A stretch of DNA of 54,554 nucleotides from Octopus sinensis. Taxonomy: Eukaryota. Shown in pieces: positions 49,290 through 54,554 of this stretch. The notes beneath the pieces are model-generated. The model saw only the letters and a program-made list of their open reading frames with translations. It searched no databases and was not told the DNA's origin. Both the position numbers and the translations under genes were made by a program. The stretch spans positions 1 to 54,554 of the forward strand of contig NW_021833836.1 in assembly GCF_006345805.1 (NCBI RefSeq), read 5' to 3'. How positions within the stretch are numbered: the first letter of the stretch is position 1; each line of letters opens with the position of its first letter.

Positions 49290-49508
49290 CATTTAACATT
49301 CAGATTACTCTCTCAAATGTAATGCTTATTTATTCACATTGTTTTGAATTAATCATGTATCAACTTTTAGCTTTGAGTTTTCAATGATGTCATTGTTTAC
49401 TTTTAGAATGACATTGTAAGGTTGGTGTAAGAGGTCAAATCTATCCAGTTTTAACATAAAATAGATAGAACATTTAAGCTAGATATGGCTAGTTTAAATG
49501 TTAATGGG
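49290..49508 (+). mobile_element. piggyBac-like MITE copy
   Basis: Same internal sequence as 38842-39061; right end AATGGG-TTAA. Confidence 0.8.
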
Positions 49509-50572
49509 TTAAGAGAGAAAGGTGATGCAGTGTACAAGTCCAGGTGTTACATGTGTTGTATTAAGAGTCATTTGAAAATATTCAGTCCATAGATGGAAAA
49601 TCAGAGAAAGAGAAAACAAACAGCAAGAGAGACAGCAACAGAATGTTACAGAAATAGTTGTTTCCAGAGTGTCACCAGAGCATATTTACAGATAGAAGAC
49701 GTAATCTTGTTTTAAATAGCAGTAGCCAACAACTAAAGGTATCACCCTCTGGTAACAATCAGTAGTATCATATTATCTTGCAACAAAACGAAGAAAACAG
49801 TGAAAACAGGGGCAGTAAACACTCACAGTCAAGGGGGAAAAAGATCTCTTTCCACAAATGAACTTAAACAGAAAGCAAAACAACCAAGGAAGAGTCAATT
49901 TCTCCTGGAACTGAATGAAGTTTACAGACCTTTGAAAAGCCAATGAGGAGCTGAACAATTTTTAATGAACTGCTGTGAGAAGAAAGTAAAGCTAATGTGT
50001 AGATCTAAGAAGGGATGGGTTTTGACTATAGGGAACACACAAGTGATTAATTGCTAAAATAAGAACCAGTCTAACAGTCTATGAACTGTCATACCTTACT
50101 TACAAGAAGAAAGTGGTCCCTTTCTTATCCATTCTAACACTAGAGCTGTCCAGAGGCACTTTTAAAACTGAATATTCTGAATACATAGATGTTGATGACA
50201 TGGAAGGAAAAAGGGTGTTGGAGCTAAAGAATGCCCTGGTTGAACACAAGTGGCAGCTTCTAAGACAATTGTGGGTGGATTACTCTTATTTGTTTTTGTT
50301 TGCATGAAATTTTTTATATTTATGTATGGATACATTTCTTTCTTTGATGTAATTTATCAGTGTTTATGCTACAGATTTTTAATATGTAACTAAAAAGATT
50401 CTTTAAAAGCCTTGCCCCATCCATAGTTTTTTATATAATTATGTACATACATCCTAAATATTTTTGTAATCACTTTTTTGCATCATGCTGTATGCATATG
50501 GTTCTGCTGGCAAAATAAAAGAAAGGATTATTAGTGTTGTTGTTGTTGTTGCTGCTGCTGTCATCATCATCA

Positions 50573-50625
<53 letters not shown>

Positions 50626-51376
50626 AATGCATTACAAATAAAGCGAAATAACTAAAGACAATATTCCATATAAGGAAAATATACAATATAATATTATAGA
50701 AACATTCAAAAGGCTTCCCAACAGCACTTTTCAATAAACATTGTTCTACATTGTTTGAAAAAGAAAAGACATTCCAGTAACTATCTTTAAGCAACAAATA
50801 AGCTTTGCATCTTGTACTTCAAAGAAAAATATACATCAGTTTTTGTTGTGAGAAAAACAACAACAAAATACTAACAATTCATTGCAAATTTATTTGGTAA
50901 ATTACTTCTCATCACTGTTTTTATATTATTTGTTATGTTTTTGTTTGTTTGTGTTGTTTTGTTTTGTTTTGTTTTGCTTTTTTCTGAACTTGCCTTAATC
51001 TTAATGTAATCTCAACATTTGTTCTGTCTAATTTGCCTTATTTTTAGTATAATTTCAACCTTTGTTTTATCTTATATTGCCCTAACCTCAATACAAACTT
51101 CATTTGAAAACAATAATAGAGTGATCCACTCCAGGAATCAAGAACTCTTTCGCATTTTTGGTAAATGCCTAATATACTTCTCTCTCTAGAGGGACTAAAT
51201 TGGGCCTTATCACCATATTAAACACAAAACTTTGAAGAGACCAACATGGGAGCCTTTATGTGATCATTTGGCTTGCAAGAAATAGCAGTTAAATCTTTCT
51301 CAAATCACAATCTAAAAGGCCTTTAAAAAATAGGAAGGAACTGAATATAGTTCTCTGAGACACCCTCAGTCTTTAA

Positions 51377-51545
51377 CTCTTTAACATTCAGATTACCCTA
51401 TTGAGTTATGTTTATTGTTTACATTGTTTTAAATTGATCCTGCATTATATCATAGCTTCAAGATTTCAATGATGTGATTGTTTATTATTAGAATGACAGT
51501 GTTGGGTAAGTGTGAAAAACCAGATCTAGCTTGTTTGAACATTAA
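51377..51545 (+). mobile_element. piggyBac-like MITE, 3'-truncated
   Basis: TTAA-CTCTTTAACATTCAGATTA...; same family. Confidence 0.75.
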
Positions 51546-51655
51546 AAAAAATGTCCTTTCTAGGAATTTTGTGCTCAGTGTTCTAACAGAACCTCCATAT
51601 TAAGTTGGTAATAAAGATTACCTTCTCACATATAAATATATATATATATATATAT

Positions 51656-51657
<2 letters not shown>

Positions 51658-51691
<34 letters not shown>

Positions 51692-51866
51692 GTCATTGTC
51701 ATTTAACATCCGCTTTCCATGCTAGCATGGGTTGGATGATTTGACTTATGTCTGGTGAACCAGATGGCTTCACCAGACTCTAATCTGATCTAGCAGAGTT
51801 TCTACAGCTGGATGCCCTTCTTAATGCCAACTACTCCGAGAGTGTAGCAACCACTCCAAGAGTGTA
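51658..51866 (-). mobile_element. Family B retroposon 3' end with (GAT)n tail
   Basis: Reverse complement of 32352-32565. Confidence 0.8.
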
Positions 51867-51874
51867 AAACTACT

Positions 51875-52260
51875 CATTCTTTGTTTCAGTCATCTGACTG
51901 CAGCCATGCTTCAGCACCACCTGTAATCAAGCAAATTGACCGCAGAACTCATTCTTTGTAAGCCTAGTACTTATTCTATCAGTCTCTTTTGCTGAACCCT
52001 TATGGTACGGGGACGTAAACATACCAATCTCGGTTGTCAAATGATGTTGGGGGACAAACACAGATGCACATACACACACACATGTATATACATACACATA
52101 TATATATGTATATACGACAGGCTTCTTTCAGTTTCTCTCCACCAAATCCACTCACAAGGCTTTGGTCAGCCCAAGGCTATAGTAGAAGACACTTGCCCAA
52201 GGTACTATGCAGTGAGACTGAACCTGGAACCATGTGGTTGGTAAGCAAGCTTCTCACATA
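51875..52260 (-). mobile_element. SINE family A
   Basis: Reverse-complement copy. Confidence 0.88.
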
Positions 52261-52277
52261 CACATTCAGGAATTATT

Positions 52278-52497
52278 TGTTTCAAATTTTGGCACAAAGC
52301 CAACGCTTTCAGAGAAGGGAGCTAGTGGATTACTTCAATCACAGTTCTCATCTTGTAGTAATTTTATTGATGCCCCAAAAAGATGAAAGGCAAAGTTGAC
52401 CTTAGCAGAATCTGAACTCCGAATATAAGCTGGATGAAATGCTGCTAAGCATTTTGTCTGGTCTGGTGTGCTAACAATTCAGCCATCTTGCCACCTT
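52278..52497 (-). mobile_element. SINE family C
   Basis: GATGAAAGGCAAAGTTGACC core. Confidence 0.8.
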
Positions 52498-52679
52498 ACA
52501 CATACACACACACACACACATACAAGAATACTGTCTCCAGTATATTTCCCTGCGGTACTTCAGCTGTTATTGGGTATCCAAGAGAGTAAAATAAAAATCA
52601 ACGGTGGTGTACATAGGTAAATAAAGATTGTGAATCACTAATCTAGATTCTCACTTAGTTTTTATTTCACTTTTGTTTG

Positions 52680-52965
52680 CTCTTCTCCTCATTTCTGCAA
52701 CATTCTGTGTTCTGTAGGTCTTACTGTGGTAATGACCTTCATATCCTTGACTGCCTACTTCTACTGACAAACACCTGGTTTTTCACCCCTTCTTACAATA
52801 CTCCTCCACCAACTCTTAGTATTTTTCCCTTTCCTTCTCATGTACTTCCTTCATTCTCTCTTTCCAGGGCAAAGTTAACTCCAGTTAGATGATCCACCTT
52901 CTGGCTTCTGGTCTCAAATGATAAGTAGATTATATGTAATGGAAATTTTAACAGCTTCTCTAAGC
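52680..52965 (-). pseudogene. Degraded HERO/NeSL-like RLE endonuclease fragment
   Basis: LKFPLHI...LELTLPWKERMKEVHEKEREKY*ELVEEY..G / KTRCLSVEVGSQGY matches the ELTVPWE..KY..VEVG(C)RG signature. Confidence 0.75.
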
Positions 52966-53639
52966 AACTCTCATCACCTAATATTGTGCTATAGAAAACA
53001 GACCACTGGAAGTGTTGTTGAGATTTTTCCATCTCTGTTTTAACTAATATTTAACTAATCTTACCTATATATCGATACAATTTCAAGCTATGCTTTATTT
53101 TATCTTACCTGTGCTTTGCAACAGTTTTAAACTGTTTTATCTAACCTTTTTGTATCTCTGAAAAATTTAAATTTCTGTCTTAGATCTAAGTTTTAAACCA
53201 GTTATGAGTCAAACTGATTACAAATAGCATTGAAATTAATTTAGTTTCTAATTGACAAGCAGGATTGTATAGTAAATAATTCAATTTCTGGAGGAAGGAC
53301 CAACTTCAGAATCTGGGTGGAAACTTTACATTTATTTTACATCAGACACAAATACTCGCTAAAGATTTAGGAATGCTACTGTGAAATATTTAGGACTGTT
53401 AAAACATTCCATTTTTCCATCGTCTATAAATATTATTAAGAGTCTTCTGCTAAGTCACATTGAATCGATATTTAGAAGTTAGAAGGGTGTTAACTTCACT
53501 CTAATATATGTCTGGAGCTTGAATCCTATAAGTGCTTGAATTGATGCACTAAATTCATGCACTAAAGTTTGCTTAAATAAGTACCAATGATATGCTGAAG
53601 TTAATTCAATTAACAAATCGACTCTCACCATCTCTCTCC

Positions 53640-53722
<83 letters not shown>

Positions 53723-54353
53723 ATCTCTCCTGCTATTACTTCTAAATATCTATGTGCAACACAGTGTGTTTTAGAAACCTAAGATACATTTTAATGTAGT
53801 TAAGACAGAAAACATCTGAAAAACAAAAATTCAGTGTGAAACTTCAAACAGATGTAAATATATCTTGGTATTCTCTTTGCACAGCGGAAAATAAAAGAGA
53901 ATTTTCCTGGCATGTATCACAGTTCATTGAGAACTCAAAAGAGAACTAACAACAACAACAGCAGCAGCCACTGCTACCACCACCACTGCATAGACATACC
54001 TCATCCTTCTGTTCATGAAAAGAACTTACAGCAAATCACTGATCAATTCAAACAGAAACCAGAACTTAACTGTAATAGTTAGACTAATTTGATACTATGT
54101 GTTCATCGATATTTACTAATTTTATGCAATAAGTTCTGAAGTTCGAAGATTTAGCGTGTGATTTCAACAAGTCAATAAAATAAAAAAAAAAGGAATCAAA
54201 CAAGAAGTGCTTTTAATATCCTATTTAGGAAAGTCCATGTGTAAATCTCCACTTAATGATGGTGATATTCAAGATAGTTGATGGTTTTATCAATTAGCTT
54301 TGCTCCAAAAATTCAATCAATAAAAATCAAACAAAAAGCACCCAGACACAGGA

Positions 54354-54485
54354 ATAGGTGCATGATTAAGAAGTTTGCTTTGTGGCTAGCTATGTGATTG
54401 CAGATTCAATCTCACTGTGCAGTATCTTGGGCAACTGTCTTCTACTATAGACGTAAGTTGATCAATGCTTTGTGGTAGAATTAGA
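54354..54485 (+). mobile_element. Degenerate SINE family A head
   Basis: TCTTGGGCAACTGTCTTCTACTATAG. Confidence 0.6.
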
Positions 54486-54554
54486 AAGGCAGACAGACAG
54501 ATAGATAGATAGAAACTAAACAGAAGAAATGTAGGGCATGAGAATATGAATATA

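Overview
This window is AT-rich, microsatellite-saturated eukaryotic DNA. Its SINE families and repeat landscape look like octopod cephalopod (Octopus-type) intronic or intergenic sequence; that assignment comes from recognising repeat families, not from a database search. I find no intact host protein-coding gene, and almost all ORFs in the track are translations of (TA)n, (CA)n, (TAA)n or (TACA)n repeats, or of SINE antisense strands. The window contains: one full-length but inactivated mariner (perfect 37-bp TIRs, TA TSD); two more mariner fragments; an internally deleted DD41D/rosa-like Tc1-mariner; hAT-like and piggyBac-like MITEs, some nested or in tandem; fragments of at least three lineages of restriction-like-endonuclease (RLE) non-LTR retrotransposons, two tied to specific microsatellites ((TAA)n and (TACA)n); many copies of three tRNA-derived SINE families; several long fold-back elements; and several Penelope-type minimal hammerhead-ribozyme motifs. 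I cannot support a wholly new multi-gene system. The best leads are the hammerhead motifs, the apparently (TACA)n-targeting RLE LINE and the long fold-backs. Boundaries of degenerate repeats are approximate.
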